A stretch of 64,000 nt of DNA from Gracilinanus agilis. Taxonomy: Eukaryota. Each line of letters starts with the position of its first letter. Within the stretch, counting starts at the first letter, position 1. The notes under the pieces are model-generated. The model ran no database searches. It saw nothing but the letters and a program-made list of their open reading frames with translations, and had not been told where the DNA came from. Positions 35,641 through 50,050 of this stretch are shown here, in pieces. The translations under genes were made by a program, and so were the position numbers. The stretch spans positions 46,929,976-46,993,975 of the forward strand of contig NC_058134.1 of the NCBI RefSeq assembly GCF_016433145.1, in the 5' to 3' direction.

Positions 35641-38600
35641 CAAGTTATGAAATTGTACCAAATGAGACAGACCACTACAAATTCATGTTGTATAATCTCA
35701 AGTGGCCTTCTTCATGGCAATCCTTTTATTCATCTCTGATTTACTCTCTTACTTCCCATTGGGCCATTTTAAAAACTTATTCACGGGTGCCAATAACCTC
35801 TGTTTTCTTAGCAGAATTATCATGAGTAAGGAGAGAAAAGTAGATTGTAACCATATCATAAAGGACTTTGAATGCCATATAAGGAATTTGTTCTTAATTT
35901 AATAGGCAATGGGGAGCCATTGTTACCCTTTGATCAGAAGACTGATGTAATTAGAATGACATATTACAAGTTTTATAAGGAAATCAGAATGAAGAATTGA
36001 TTGGAGAATAGATTAAAGTCAAAAAGCTATTGAATTAAAAAGATGTTAACTCAAACTTCCTCAGTACTTCCTTGCTCCTGGGGTGGATGGTGGACATGGA
36101 GAGCTCCTCCCAACAAGCATTTATGAAGTGTTTACTATGTGCTAAGTATGAAAGTTGGAATAGGGTGGAGAAGAGAGAAGGGTTCAAGATGGCATCAGTA
36201 TCCTTCCAGCCATCCACTGGTGCCATTAACCAAAACAGAGAATTTAAGAGAGAAAGACAATTTTCTTTTGGCAAGAGAAAAGAGGATAAATTTGGTCAGA
36301 TGCTTGTTGACTCTAAGCTACCAGCAGAAGAATCAGGTGGGGACATTGTGGAAACATGGTTATAAGGTTTAATTGTATTTTAAAATATTAAGAAATAATA
36401 TTGTGACAATATTCTAGTCTTGGTTTCAGCTGAATAAAGACATAATAAGTCTAAGGATTAGAGGCTTAATACTGGCAGGGACCTTAGAGATCATCTAGTC
36501 AAACTGCCTTACCTTATTTTTAAATTTTATTTTAAAAAGCTCTTACTTTCTGCTTTAGTAACAACTCTGGGATAGAGACAAATGGGGTTAAATCACTTGC
36601 CTAGGATCACACAGGTAGGAAGCATCCACAGCAAGATTTGCACCATGTCCTCCCAACTCCAGGCCTGGTACTCTATCTACTGAGCCACCTACCTGCCCCC
36701 AAACCATCTTACTTTATGGATGAGTTAAATGAGGCTTAAAGAATGTTAAAGGACCTATTCAGGGTCATACAAGTGGTGTCAGAAGTGAAAACTGAACTTT
36801 GGTTTTTCTCATTTTGGATCCATAATTCTATTCATTTTACCACACTGCTTCCTTTAAGCAGAAGACTTTGGGGAGGGATCTTGAGTCTGCTAAATGAAGA
36901 GTCTTTATTATGGTGGGTGAACTAAGAGTGGAAATGTCCTTTATGTCAGTTGAGAGAGGTATGTTTTGTTCCCCCTAAAGCAGATGGAAAGGGGAGAACT
37001 CAAAAAGAGATTGATCTCAGGAGATATTTTCTCTAAGATTCACACTGTATTAACATTACTGTTGTTCTCTGGTAAGTCAAAAACCATGAACTTGAGCTCT
37101 GGATCTTTGTCATGCTTTATTGTGGAATTATGCTTTTCTTTGACTGTTGTTATAACAAGTACCTTGGAAGTTGCTTAGAGGAAAGAGAATATTCTTATTA
37201 GAAGAGGAAACCCTGAATGTCTCTAAGCCAAAACAATTGTATACTAATACTTTATTTCTGATAGGTTTTGTTTAAAACACAGAATATAGAGTTTTTCTTC
37301 CATGACATTTACCAGGCAGTTAAGAACGTAAGACTAGAGTAGAGGGATTTCCATTGAGGTCCTCTGGCTCTCTGGGCAGTATTCTTCCCACTGTACCCCT
37401 CTGTCTCTACAAGATCCTGATCTTTGGGGTATGTTAAAAACCTCTAATTGCCTCTACCTCTCTGATGGGAAATCTGAAGGGCAGTGCCAAAAAACTCCTT
37501 CCAAAGCCTCCCTTCAGTTCTGCCTAGAAGCAGAGCCAAGTTGTCATCCTGTGGGTACTCTCCACCCCTTTTTCTTTTCAGCTTTTCTCTGTTTGTTTTC
37601 CACTGTTAGATTGTAAACTCTTCAGGTTAGACACTACCTTTCTTTTTCTTCTTTGTCTCTATTTCTGAATCGGTACACATCTCTATATCACCGATATCTA
37701 CCTTTGTCTATATCTTCTCCATCTGTTATTAAAGTTATGCTGACTCAGTGACCTATTATTTCCAGACCCTTGTCTGTCACAGCCTGCAGCTTAGAATTCC
37801 CCGATATTTGTCAAATAGCCAAGTCACCCTCTACCTGTTTGTACCTGGTGATGGCCACTCACACCTGGCTGACACAGACCTAAACTAATGATGTCCAACA
37901 ATCAGTCCTTCACCACAATATTACCTCGATGTGCTTATAATAATCTCCTTTAAGTTCACTTTGTCCCAAGTTTTGCCTCATTAATCAGGGTGAAAACCCA
38001 GAAAAAAACTTTCCTTTCAACATTGTATCTATTTATATATCTCTTTACATTTTTTATCATATTCTAGATTGTCCCCCTTTAGCCAAGGTGAGCAGCTAGG
38101 TATCAGTATAGGTCAAAAACAACAAAAAAGCTACTCTGCATGCATTTGCCAGTTTGTCTTATTAGCATTACATCTTTTGTTATGAAGAGAATGTTTCAAG
38201 TCACTAATAGAGAACAGTCTGACCCAGAAGATATTGCAGTCATCCTAATACAAAAGATTGGTGCATTCTGCATATATTTTTAAACCTTTACCTTCCTCTT
38301 AAAATCAATCCTGTATGTATATTGGTTCTAAGACAGAAGAGAAATAAGAGCTAGGCAATGGGGTTAAGTGACTTGCCCAAGTGTAACACAGCTAGGAAGT
38401 GTGTGAGGCCAGATTTGTGCCTATTTTCTAATAAGTAGGATTTATATCCCTCTCAAATATTACTGGGTAAACATCAGTCTAGCAAACACCAAAGAAATAG
38501 ATGGAACTAGATTTTTATAGCATGAGAATTGAAAACAAAGAGCTGAAAAAGGGCTGAGAACAAGCCTACAGGGAAGGGCTAGTATTTGGGCATAACAAGT

Positions 38601-39214
38601 AACACTTACTAAAAGCCCTGATCAAAAATGCAAAAAGAACTGAAGAGAAAAATCCATCTGATGTTTGTATTTACTTTGTAGGTAGGAGGGAAATTACATC
38701 ATTGATTCCTGTTAGTTCAAAAAATGCTAAATGGGGAGCCGTGAAATCAGAAAATGAAAATGAAAAGTACAATTAATCCAAGCCATTTCTCGGAGAGAGA
38801 ATGATGTCAATTGCCTTTGATTTGATCACCGAAAGAGGTTAATGGTGGAGCAAAGAGAAGGCCAGTCACACACAGTAGGGAACAGCTGTTCTCAATTACA
38901 GGAAACCTCTGACTCCGGCTTCTTGCCAGGGTTCCCCTTTCAGCTTTGCATGCCCTGCCTTCTGTTTTGGAGAGGTCTGTGAAGGGATCCCAGACCTGCT
39001 CTGAACCCTGTCGGGTACCACTGGGGTGAGCTGGAGCATCTGCCTGCTCTGTCCCAGCATGCAAAAAGTGTCAAAGCAGAGTGGAGGCGCCATATTGATA
39101 TTTCTTGAATCTTATGGTTGGAAGTGAACTCAGAAGTCACTAAGCCCAACCCATCCATCCAGAGAGGGATCCCTTCTCTGAATGATCAAGATTTCACTTC
39201 AAGAACTCTAAGAA

Positions 39215-39676
39215 TACTGCAGGAATTCCATGTGAACTGGAAAGACCTCCAGGAATTGATGCAGGGTGAAAGGAGCAGATCCAGGAGAGTGTTGTACACA
39301 AAGACTGATACACTGTGGTACAATCAAACATAAAGGACTTCTCTACTACAAGCAACAATACAAGAATCCAGAGCAAGGCTGAGGGACTTATGAGAAAGAA
39401 AACTATCCACATCCAGAGGAAGAACTGTGGGAGGAGAAACACAGAAGAAAAACAACTGTTTGAACACATGGGCTGTTGGGGATATTATTGGGGATGTAGA
39501 CACTAAATGATAACTCTAGTCCAACTATCAATAATATGGAATTAGGTCTTGATCAATGACACATGTAAAACCCAGTGAATTGTGCGTTGGCTAAGGGGGA
39601 TTAGGGGCATTTGGGGGAGAGGGAAAGAACATGAAATATGTAACTATGAGAAAATATTCAAAATAAAAATAAAAAA
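39215..39676 (+). mobile_element. 5'-truncated L1 3' end
   Basis: ORF2 terminus EFHVNWKDLQELMQ, 3' UTR and A tail; TSD AAGAACTC(T/C)AAGAA at 39201-39214 and 39677-39690. Confidence 0.88.
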
Positions 39677-40269
39677 AAGAACTCCAAGAAGAATCTGCTA
39701 CTCTAGGGTGAGAGTGGGGACAATCCATTCCATTTTCTAATAGTACCAGTTGTTAGAAAGTTGGTCATTCCATAGAGATAAAATCTGTCTTTCTGTAACT
39801 TGTGCCCATTGTTATGGGGTCAAGCTGACCACATACACGAAAGCTCTCAAAAATTCAATAATTGTCATTATGTCTCCTTTTCCTCTTCTGCTTACTTCCC
39901 ATTCTGGTATGGAGAAAAGAACACTAGATCTGGAGTCTTAAGACCAGAGTTCAAATCCTACTTTTGTCACTAACTAATCATGTAACATTGGATAAATTTT
40001 CTAACCTTTCCTTGCCTCAGTTTTATCATATATGAGATGGAAGGATTAGGTAAGGATATTTTCAAGGCCCCTCTTAAGCTTTTCATTATATAATTTTAAG
40101 AAATGACCCTTATGTGTCATCTGGGCAAGGCACTTAAATGATTTGAGTCTCAGTTTCCTCATCTGTAAAATGAAGGGAGTTGGACAAGATGACTTCTTCT
40201 AGCTCTAACCTCTGATCTTATAATTCCTGCAACCAGAATCCTTTCCTTTTTAGAACAAATATCTCAAGT

Positions 40270-41080
40270 TCCTCATGATATTCTTTGTATGACATGATCT
40301 CGTTTCCTCACTTTTCTGGTCACTCTTCTCTGAACATGCCTCTGGCTTAACAGGGTCCTTCTTAAACCAGAGTATCCCTAACTAAATATCACTTTGAGTG
40401 TGGTCTGAATATGGTGGAATCCGGCAGGACTATCACCTTCTTATTCTTGGAAGTTCTGCCTCTTTTCAGGTAGCCACAGGTTTCATGAGCTTTTGTAGCT
40501 GCCACGTTACAGATTACAGATCTATATTGATGCTGTAGGCCACTACAAACCCCAGCTCTTTTTTTAAAGGAACTGTTGTACAGCCATTCAGCCCCTTCTC
40601 TGCTCTTGTGGAGTTGATTTTCTTTTAGAACTAACCATTTCTTTCTATTAAATTTTTCTTACTAGGTTTGGCTTATTGTCCTAGGCTCTTCGGACCTTTT
40701 GTCATCCTTACTGGGTCACCCAACATTTTAACTATCCTAGACTTTTGGATCACCTACACATTTCATATAAGCTTACCACTTATTCCTTTCTCAAACTCTT
40801 CAATAAAAATGCCATCATAGGGCCAGCAATAGACCTTTGGGCTTTTCCCCATGTAAAATTTTTCTGGTTCCACATCCATTCAGCACCAGATTCTTTGTGT
40901 TTTGGCCACTCCATGACTTCCAAATACATGTAACAGTCTGGCCCAAACCTCTTTATCTCACAAGAACAGCAGGAGATACTTTGTTAAGTGCTTTGCTAAA
41001 AAAATGAGTCCCAGGCTTGATCATCTCATCTCATCAATGGATGTTTTGCTTCTGATTAGATGCTTATGAATGGTATGGAC
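40270..41080 (-). mobile_element. L3/CR1 LINE fragment
   Basis: Antisense CR1-type text (GGTCACTCTTCTCTGAACATG..., GTGTGGTCTGA..., CTATCACCT...). Confidence 0.6.
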
Positions 41081-41959
41081 CTGGGCCAATAACTTGACAT
41101 TTTAGCTTCCATTTTCTTATCTATAAAACAGAGATGGGGAGCTATGTGGCACAGACAACTATTGGAACTCATCACAGCGTTTTGATAAAGAACAATTAAG
41201 AAATTTATAGAGAATTCTTCAAAATAATGAAAAAGGCAATAGTTTATATATATCGAAGGCATACAATCTCTCTTATCTATTTATCATCCATCTTCTACCA
41301 TCTTACCTATCATCTCTCTAACAGAAATCATTCTTTTCAGTAGGAGTAAAGCCTTAATGCTATAGACGCCATAATTTTTCAAACACAGGAAATAAGTTGA
41401 ATTGAAAATGTTGGAGTTGGAAGATTGATTGAAGAGAGTGAGGATTTTCACATCCTACTAAAAAAAACACCCACAAATAGAAGCAAAAAAGGCAAGAAGA
41501 GAAATGATTTTAAAAAACCTCCACAGATAATAAAAAACCAAGCACATAAAAATGAGCAAATCAAGGAAAAGTGCTGATACAATTATAATGCAGAGCCATG
41601 AATCAGCTAAAATACTGTCTAATCAAAAAAGGGAGAAAAATAAGAGCAAGCTGAAATCATTAAATGAAAAACAAGAAAGGATACCTCATAAGAAATTAGT
41701 AGTAATTACTATATATAGGTTAGTAAATTTGAGAATATCAAAGAAATGGATGACAATCTCAAAACACATAAAATACCCAAACTAACATTGCAATACCTGG
41801 GCAATATAAGTAGATCCAAATCAGGAGAAATCAGTTAAAGAGCATTGATCTACCCAAACCAAATGAATTCATGAGGAAAAAAAATTCCCAAATGATATTC
41901 TCATTAGAAACTTTGTTTTCAAACATACAGAGTTGGTAGGTTCATCAACTTAGTAGTCC

Positions 41960-42800
41960 CCAAATTCAAAAAGAGTCAATCGGAAGATGGCTCCCAAAAA
42001 AGCTAATGAGATCTTGGACTTAGCTCCCAGAAAAAAGGATGTGGCATTTTGTATCTGCTGTATTTTGCCCCTGTGAAATTCTTTCTGCAGTATTGTATGC
42101 AGTTCTGAGAGCAGAAGTTTAGGAGAGACAACAAACTGGAGAATGTCTGGAGGAGGGCAACCAAAATGTTGTTGAACCTTCAGCTTCTACCCTATGAATA
42201 TCATTTGAAGGAAGTGGGGATCCTTAGCACGGAAAAAAGAAAGTTCAGTGGATAGATACTTGCTACCTGCCTTCAAATCCTTGGAGCATTATTATCTGGA
42301 AGGGGAAAAAGAAGAGAATGAGCATTTATTAAGGAGGTACTATGTGTCAGGCACAGTGCACTATACAAATAATATCTTATTTGATTCTTACAAAAACTCT
42401 GTGAGCAAGTTGCTATTATTATCGCCATTTTATAGATGAAGAAACTGAGGCAAACAGAGATTAAGTAACTTGCATAGGGACACATAGTTAATAAGCCCCT
42501 GAGGTCATATTTGACCTCAGGCCTTCCTGGCTCCAGGCCCAGCACTTTTTTCACTCTCCTATCTAGCTATTAGATTAAATTTGTTCTATTTGGCCCCAGA
42601 AGACAGAGATGAAAACAATGAGGCAAATTTAGGCTGGATATCAGGAAAAAAATTCCTAATAATCACAACTATCTAAAAGAAAAAAGGATTCTTTTGGGTA
42701 GTAGTGGATTGTCCCTCACTAGAGGTCTTTAATCAGTGTGTGGATGACCACTTGTTGGGCATAATGGAGATTCTTTTCCAGGTAAGGGTTAATCTGGATT
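41960..42800 (+). mobile_element. L3/CR1 3' fragments with an intervening MIR
   Basis: AAAAAAGCTAATGAGATCTTGG, CTGGAGAATGTCTGGAGGAGGGCAACCA and AGGCAAATTTAGGCTGGATATCAGGAAAAA CR1-type blocks. Confidence 0.6.
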
Positions 42801-43849
42801 GCCAAAGAGTTGTCTTGTTACTCTTAAATACAGTAAGTCTATTTCTTCCATAAAATGAGTATCATGCTGATCCCTAAAACTGAAATCTGAGAAAGGAAAT
42901 TTTTAAGCCACTATCACCAGTGAAATGGATATTAAATTACTAATTAAAGTGTGCACAAAAGCAATTACCTTCACTATCTACATTCCTAAAAACCATCACC
43001 CCTTACAAAATGATGCAATAAAAACCACAGGGCTGGTAGGAGAAAAGGGGTTAGGAGAATAACTCTTTTTTTTTTGAGATTTAAATATTTTTTTTTTTAG
43101 AAAAATTTTCCATGGTTACATCATTCATGTTTTACTTTCCCCTTCATCCCCCTTCACCCCCCCCCACCCCATAGCCAACGCATATTTCCACTAGTTTTAA
43201 CATGTGTCATCAATCAAGACTTATTTACATATTATTGATAGTTGCATTGGTGTGGTCGTTTAGTATCTACATCCCCAATCATGTCCCCATCAATCCATGT
43301 GTTCGAGTAGTTGTTTTTCTTATGTGTTTTCACTCCTGCAGTTCTTCCTCTGAATAGAGAATAACTATTAAAAACTTAGCAACATATAAAAGAAAGATAG
43401 AAACCTAATAAAACAGTAGCACACTTTTGTGCTTGCTAATGGTTAAGAAATATATAGATACTACAATAAATAGTAGTGGTGCTATCCAATGCCTGGAGCT
43501 GCTTCTTGGCTTGGCTGGGCTAGCAAAGTTTAGCCATAGTTGGCCAACTAGAAGGCCAACAAGACTGGCCAGGCAGAAGGCCAACAAGATTGGCCTAGGA
43601 GCTTCAACTCAGGGACCACTGTGGCCATGGTGGAAGACAGGGAGAGAATGAGTTGGATGTTGATCATAGTTGTATTCCAGCCCTCTTCTGCCCACAGGTC
43701 CTACTGCATCAGATGATATATGAAAAAGACTTGAAGTTGCCTTGTGGAAGAGGGCATTAGAAGGGTTATAGTTTGTGAGTCATAGTGAACTGGTGAAGTG
43801 TCCTACATTCTCACTCTTTCTTGAAGACAAAATCATTCATAAGAAAATA

Positions 43850-45700
43850 AGAAATGCACATTATATTTAAATTGTTCTCAAATATACCTATTATACTAGA
43901 ACAAATTAACATTTTAAAACAAATGCTATCACAGAATTGACTATAGAACAAAGAGACATAAAAAATTATCCATTGTGACAAATTTGGATTTATAACTGGG
44001 AGAAAAGGGTGGTTGGAAAACAAGAAAACAATCCATATAATAAACTTCATCAACAAGAGAAAAAATTATAAAGAATATACGATCTTATAATATGCAGATA
44101 AAGTCTTTGCTAACATAGAATACATATTTATATTAAAAGATATTAATATAGGGAGGGGAATATCTTTACATGATCTGATAAAAGAAATAAATGTTTGAAA
44201 TCATGAGCTACTATATACAATGGGGCAATTGAAAGTATTCTCATTGGAAGTAGCTATAAATAGGGATGTCTATTTTACCTACCTCCCAAAATTTTAGAAA
44301 TTTTAGCAATAAAGCATGGAGAAAGTTAAATGAACTTGCATCAGCAATGAAGTGAAAAGGCTATATTTGCAGATATTATTATATACTTAGAAAATACAAG
44401 GTACTTGATTGCCCTGCTCCTTCAAAAAAAATAGAAATCACAATATTTTTTAGTGAATAAACAGTCTATAAGAGAAACAGAGAAAATACATGTTCATTTT
44501 TACATATCATCACTAAGAGTCAAAAGAAATTGACAGAAAGAAATATTATTTGCAATAATGACAAAATGTAGTAAGTAACTGGATTGAGAACCAGGTCTAG
44601 AGACAGGAGGTCCTAGGTTCAAATCTGGCCTCAGACACTTCCTAGATGTGTGGCCCTGGGCAAGTTATTTAACCCTCATTGCCTAGCCCTTATTGCTCTT
44701 CTGCCTTGGAAACAATACAGAATATTGATTCGAAGACAGAAGATAAGGATTAAAAAATGGTGCTCTATCTGTACTATGAGGGAAGGGAGGAGGAGTATTT
44801 AAAGGAAGAGGTAAGGAGAAAGCACATTTCCTTCATTGGAGAGAGACAGTTCATAGACACAGAGACTAGAGATGGAGTGTCATGTGTGAGGAAAAGAGAG
44901 AAAATCAATTTGGCTTGATTAAAAAGTATGGAAAGGGGCATAATATATAATAAGTCTAGGAGGATAGGTTGGGTCAAGTTGTGAAGGGCTTTAAAAGGCA
45001 AACTAGAATTTGTATTTTATTCTAAATAGCCATTGGAAGTTTTGAGTAGGTAAATGACATAGCCAGATTTAAGCATATGGAGGTAAAATGAAATAAATAT
45101 GAACACTTTCCTAAGTGACTTTCAACTTTAATGAAATACCAGTGTACAGAGTCTAGCAACATATTTCAAAATGTATACTGAAGTAATAATTACAAAATTT
45201 GTTCCATACTGGTAATAGAATAAATAGATGAATGGAACAGAATAAGGGACCCAGAAGTAGAATTCAGTAAATATTAAAGATTAATGTTTGATAAACTGGC
45301 ATTTAAAAAAAAATTAGAAAATGGGATCACTAGTGAATAGAAACGATTGGAGAAATGGATAGTTATTTCACAAGAAAAGAAAAAATTTAAAAATTTTGGA
45401 TCCATATCTCACAAAATATATCTATGTGTATGGAAATATTCATAGCTATTCTATTTGTGATAGCGAAAAAAAAACCCCTGGAAACAACTGGTATGTCTAA
45501 AAACTGGGGAATGGCCAAATAAAATATGTTAAGTTTATGTCATGAGATATTATGCTATTATGAAAAGATAAATATGAAACATTCCAATATTTATGGTAAT
45601 ATCTATGTTTGCTGATACAGAGGAAAGTAGTAAAAACAGAATTGCACATACTCAGACTTTCACTATATGAAATAAATAAAGAGAAGCAAAAAGTAAAACA
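43850..45700 (+). mobile_element. Ancient degraded L1 ORF2 remnant, interrupted by a SINE (about 44575-44760) and an L2-like piece (about 44770-45060)
   Basis: Decayed RT-region motifs (IGSSYK.GCL..., LFAD..IYLEN-like) in A-rich sequence. Confidence 0.55.
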
Positions 45701-47819
45701 GATTCCCAAAGAGGCATGATTTGGGGAAAGTCTGGGAAAGGGGAAAGACCAAAAGGATTTTTCTGGTTTTATAACTTCCTGGTTCTGCTTTGATAAGGTT
45801 AAAGGTTTTGGAATTAAAATTTACTTTTTTTTATGGGTTTATTTGCTATTTCTGTTGATGGGTGTTAAAATCATAACAAGAAGAATACAGCAAAGTGAAG
45901 ATGAGAGAGTAGGTATTTGAAAAGAAAATTTCCCAAGATATGTTTATTTTTATCTTAATCATGAACAGCTCAATATGCAGTACCCTCAAGTAGCAAGTAT
46001 TTTGGGAAACATTGATTCATTTTTGAAAAGTATTGCTAGATTACATGGCACATATTTATACTTTTAAATTCATATCTTTACTCTAATCTTAATTAAAATG
46101 AATATATTTTTTGAGAAGTCAAATGAAGGCATATTTTATTTGGGAAAGAGCCATTTCCTGCTACAGAAAAAGAACATTTGTCAGTTTTTGTTTGCATCAT
46201 GGAACAAAACACAAAATCACACATTTTCCTTGCTACCACTGGGCATATCACATTTATATAGCAATATTTTGGATGAATCAAAAGATTATGTTTTTGTTTT
46301 TGTTGTTTAGGAAAAGTAAGAAGTTTTGATGCAGTTTTGGTTATATTTGGCCCCTACCTTGAGAAGAAGGGGGAAGGAAGTATTAACTGAAACATCAGAG
46401 TAACCAGTGAAACCACAGGATCTAACCACTAAGAAATTAAACCAAGTTTGTTGGGAGCCATTAAGATTCCTCTTTTGACTCCTTTTATGATTCACACCTT
46501 TTCTTATTGAAAAACATTATAGCCTCCAGGAAAACTTTAAGTTCTTAGTAAACCAGCACTTTATGAGTTAACATCCTTTTTTCACTCAGCAGAGTAAAGC
46601 TGCTCTCTAACTGCTCCAGGCATCCCAAGGTCATGGAGTGGCAAGCTCAGACAAAATAACTTTTAGATAAAGTGAGGCCCATTTTTAACCTTGAGACTTT
46701 TTCTCATCCAGCATTATCTTCTTAGGAAAATTATTTGTAAAACTATAACTTTATTGTGCTTTGATATGACATAATTTGTGTTTCTGCACAAATGCAAAGT
46801 TTCAGGGGAGTTCTTTTGTGTGAAATGAGTCTTGAAGTATATATAATAAACTCCATGCTGCAAGAGACAGAGCTGGAAGCATGAGCTAGAAGATCTTCTG
46901 TGTCCGTTACTTATCAACTAAGCCTTTATCAGATTACCTGGAGATGATAGATAGATCTCAAGACAAATTCATTTCATATTTTTATCTGGCTTGTGTTGGC
47001 AGGATCATAGGCACATGGGATTTTCCTATCCTGGACTGGTATAGTTTTAACATAGTTTATTTATTCTGAAGTCCAGCAAGTGAAAGGAGCCACTCACTAC
47101 ATATATTCAGTATTAGAAGAGCTGGACAGCTCCTGATGAGATTTCATACAGAGCTGGGATAGTTCAAAGAATTTTTTCATATTTAACTTAGAGGACCTGG
47201 GTACAAGACCTGGTCTGTTACTTAGAATCTCTTATCTTAGACAAGTCACTTAAATTTCCTCTACCATCATGTTCTCATCTATAAAATGAAGGCATTGGAC
47301 TAGATGACCCTTCTAAGTCTATGATCCTATAAGCCTATAATCAGGACAAAAGGATCTCCCAGCCTGATGAGTAGAATTAATAATCAAGCAATGGAGAAAT
47401 CAGCTCACATTTATTAAGCACATACTATGTGCCAGATGCTATGCTAAGTTCTGGGCATACAAAGACAAAAGTGAAACAGTCCCTTCCCATGGAAAATTTG
47501 CATTTAATCAGACATTATATATCTTATCATGCTATCATATCTATTCTATGAAACTGTAAGCTCCTTGAAAGCAGAGACACATTTTTATTTTATTTGTATG
47601 TCCAGAGCTTAGCCCACTGCCTGGTACATAATATCATAAATGCTTATCGTATAAGGGATATATGTATATAAACATATTTAAAGCATATACATGGGGAAGA
47701 TAGATTGGAGAGCATTGGACACTAGAAGCTGAGGAGAATCTGGAAAATTTTTATGTAGAAGGTGGTCCTTCAATATCCTTTGTTTTGCTCTCAATACATT
47801 TAAATTCTCTGTGAAAGTG

Positions 47820-50050
47820 AGCTGTGACTCTCAGTCAATCAATAGGCATGTTTTAAGTCCTACTATGTGCCAGGCTTTGTGCTAGACATTGTTAGTCAAT
47901 ATGCTAGATGTTGCTAGCTTACATTCCAAGTTGGAGGAAGAAAACAAGTACATGTATAAGTGTATGCAGAATAAATTAAAAATGAATAAATAAAAATAAA
48001 TAAAGAATACCTAAAAGACAAAGTGGTAGGAGAGGAAGAACACTGGTATGTAGAAGTATTACATTAATCTAGAAGAGGTGATAAAGGCCTGATTAAGATG
48101 TAGCTTTGTGCATAGAGAGGAGTCAGATGCAAGAAAGGTTGTGGAGACAATAACAGTAAGATTTATCAACTAATTGGATATGTGAGTAAGGGAGAGTATA
48201 GAGTTGAGGATAATTTGGAACTCAAGTGGCTAAAAGTATGTTAGTTTCTTCAATAGAAATAATGAAGTTTGGAAAAGAGGAAGGTTTGAGTTCTGTTTTA
48301 GATATGTTGAGCTTGAGATGCCTTTGAGAAATATGGTTTGAAAAGTTCAGTAGGCAATAGTTCCATACAAGCATTAACACTTCCTTCCTTCCTTCTCCTT
48401 AGAGATTTCAGAGAAGACCTCTCTTAGAATGAGATCAGATTTTCTGTCCTGGTTTTGGTTGATATCTTACTCTTATATAGGTCTGTGTATCATTTATATA
48501 AATATGATCCTTAAATATGATCCTTAGAGATTTCAGAGAAGATCTCTCTTAGAATGAGATCAGATTTTCTGTCCTGGTTTTAGTTGATATTTTACCTTAC
48601 TCTCATATAGGTCTGTGTATCATTTATATAAATATGATCCTTAAATTTTGGAGGAAAGATAAAGTTATCAGTGTAGAAGGAGATGAGACAAGGAAGGAAC
48701 CTAGGTAGGAGCCTCAGTGAACATGGAACTAGTGGATATGATATAGAATATGTGCCAAGGAAGCAGGCAAGGAAATATTCAGATGGGAAAACAAGGAGAC
48801 AGTAGGGTCATAAAAATCAACAATATCAAATGCAGAAAATTGATAAAGATGTGGGCCAAGAAAAGACCATCTAATTTGGCAATGGAAAGATGATTAGTTA
48901 ATTGGAGAGATTTTCAGCTGAGTGATTGAGCCAGAAGCTGGATTGCAAAGGGTTGAGAAATTAATAATAGGAAAATTTGAGACAGTGGTTGTAGATACCA
49001 TTTGAGAGTTTTCTCAGCATTTAGATGAGAAAAAGAGGAGAGATATAGAATGATAGTTTGAGGAGATGATAGTGTCTAAAGGAGGTGGTTTTTGTTTATT
49101 TTCTTTTTACATACAGGGAAGTATGGAGCATACATGTATGTGGAAGACAGTGGGGAAGAAACTGGTAGATAGGGAGAGGTTGAAAATTCAAAAGGGCTAT
49201 CATTGAGGTTTCATTTTTCTAGAAAAAATAGGAAAGAATGGAATCAAATACATGTATAGAGAGTTTAGCCTGCAAAGGAGAAGGAATAGAGAAAAAGCAA
49301 CAGAGAGAAAGGAAGAAACATGAGAGGCAGAGAAAGAGATGATGTCAGGTGGGTTTGAAATAAGAGAAGGGAACTAGAGAAAGTTACTTTAGGCTGGCTT
49401 AAATTATCTCAGTAAACTAAGAGATAAACTCTTCAGCTGAGAAAGATTCAGGGAGTAGAAGGTGTAGGAGTCTTGAGGAGAGAAGTGGAGGTTTGAAATA
49501 GCTTCTGTGGGAAGTGAGATAAAGAATTAATTAGGGAGAAATAAAAGGACTACCTTGCTGTAGTGAGGGCTGAGGTGTAATTAGATAACATGAATTTATG
49601 AAGACAACGAAGTGTGAGACTTACTCCAGCTTTGTTTAGGAACCCATGAGTAAGAACAGGGGAGTCAGATCATGGGTAATCTATGGTTGAGTTTTGTCAA
49701 GAGAAAAACAGTGATAGGAGTAGGTGAAGGTTTCCAGAACAGAGGATAGTATAAGGTTGAAATGCATAATTATTGGGTTGAGATTAGAAAGGGAGGAGTC
49801 AGAATAGGAATAAGGACCTAAGAAAGTTCTAAGAGGTAGAGAAATTGAAAATCTTAATGTGAACAAAAAAATAGTTTTAGGCATAGAGAAAGGTAGAATC
49901 ATAAAAGCCTATGTAAAATGGGAAGGTCAGAATTTCTAATTAAGAAAGTGGAAAACTTGTGGGTAATAGTGAAATTCAGTGTTTAACTTGAGGAGTTATA
50001 TAGGGAATAGGTTATAGGCTTTAAAGAGACTAAGGAACTAGGAGACTAGG
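47820..50050 (-). mobile_element. Long degraded L2, interrupted by the tandem duplication at 48396-48645
   Basis: L2 3' tail at about 47830-47890, followed by a purine-rich antisense L2 body. Confidence 0.65.
48396..48645. repeat. Direct tandem duplication, period about 125 bp
   Basis: TCCTTAGAGATTTCAGAGAAGA...TATAAATATGATCCTTAAAT occurs twice, starting at 48396 and 48521, with a few differences. Confidence 0.92.
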
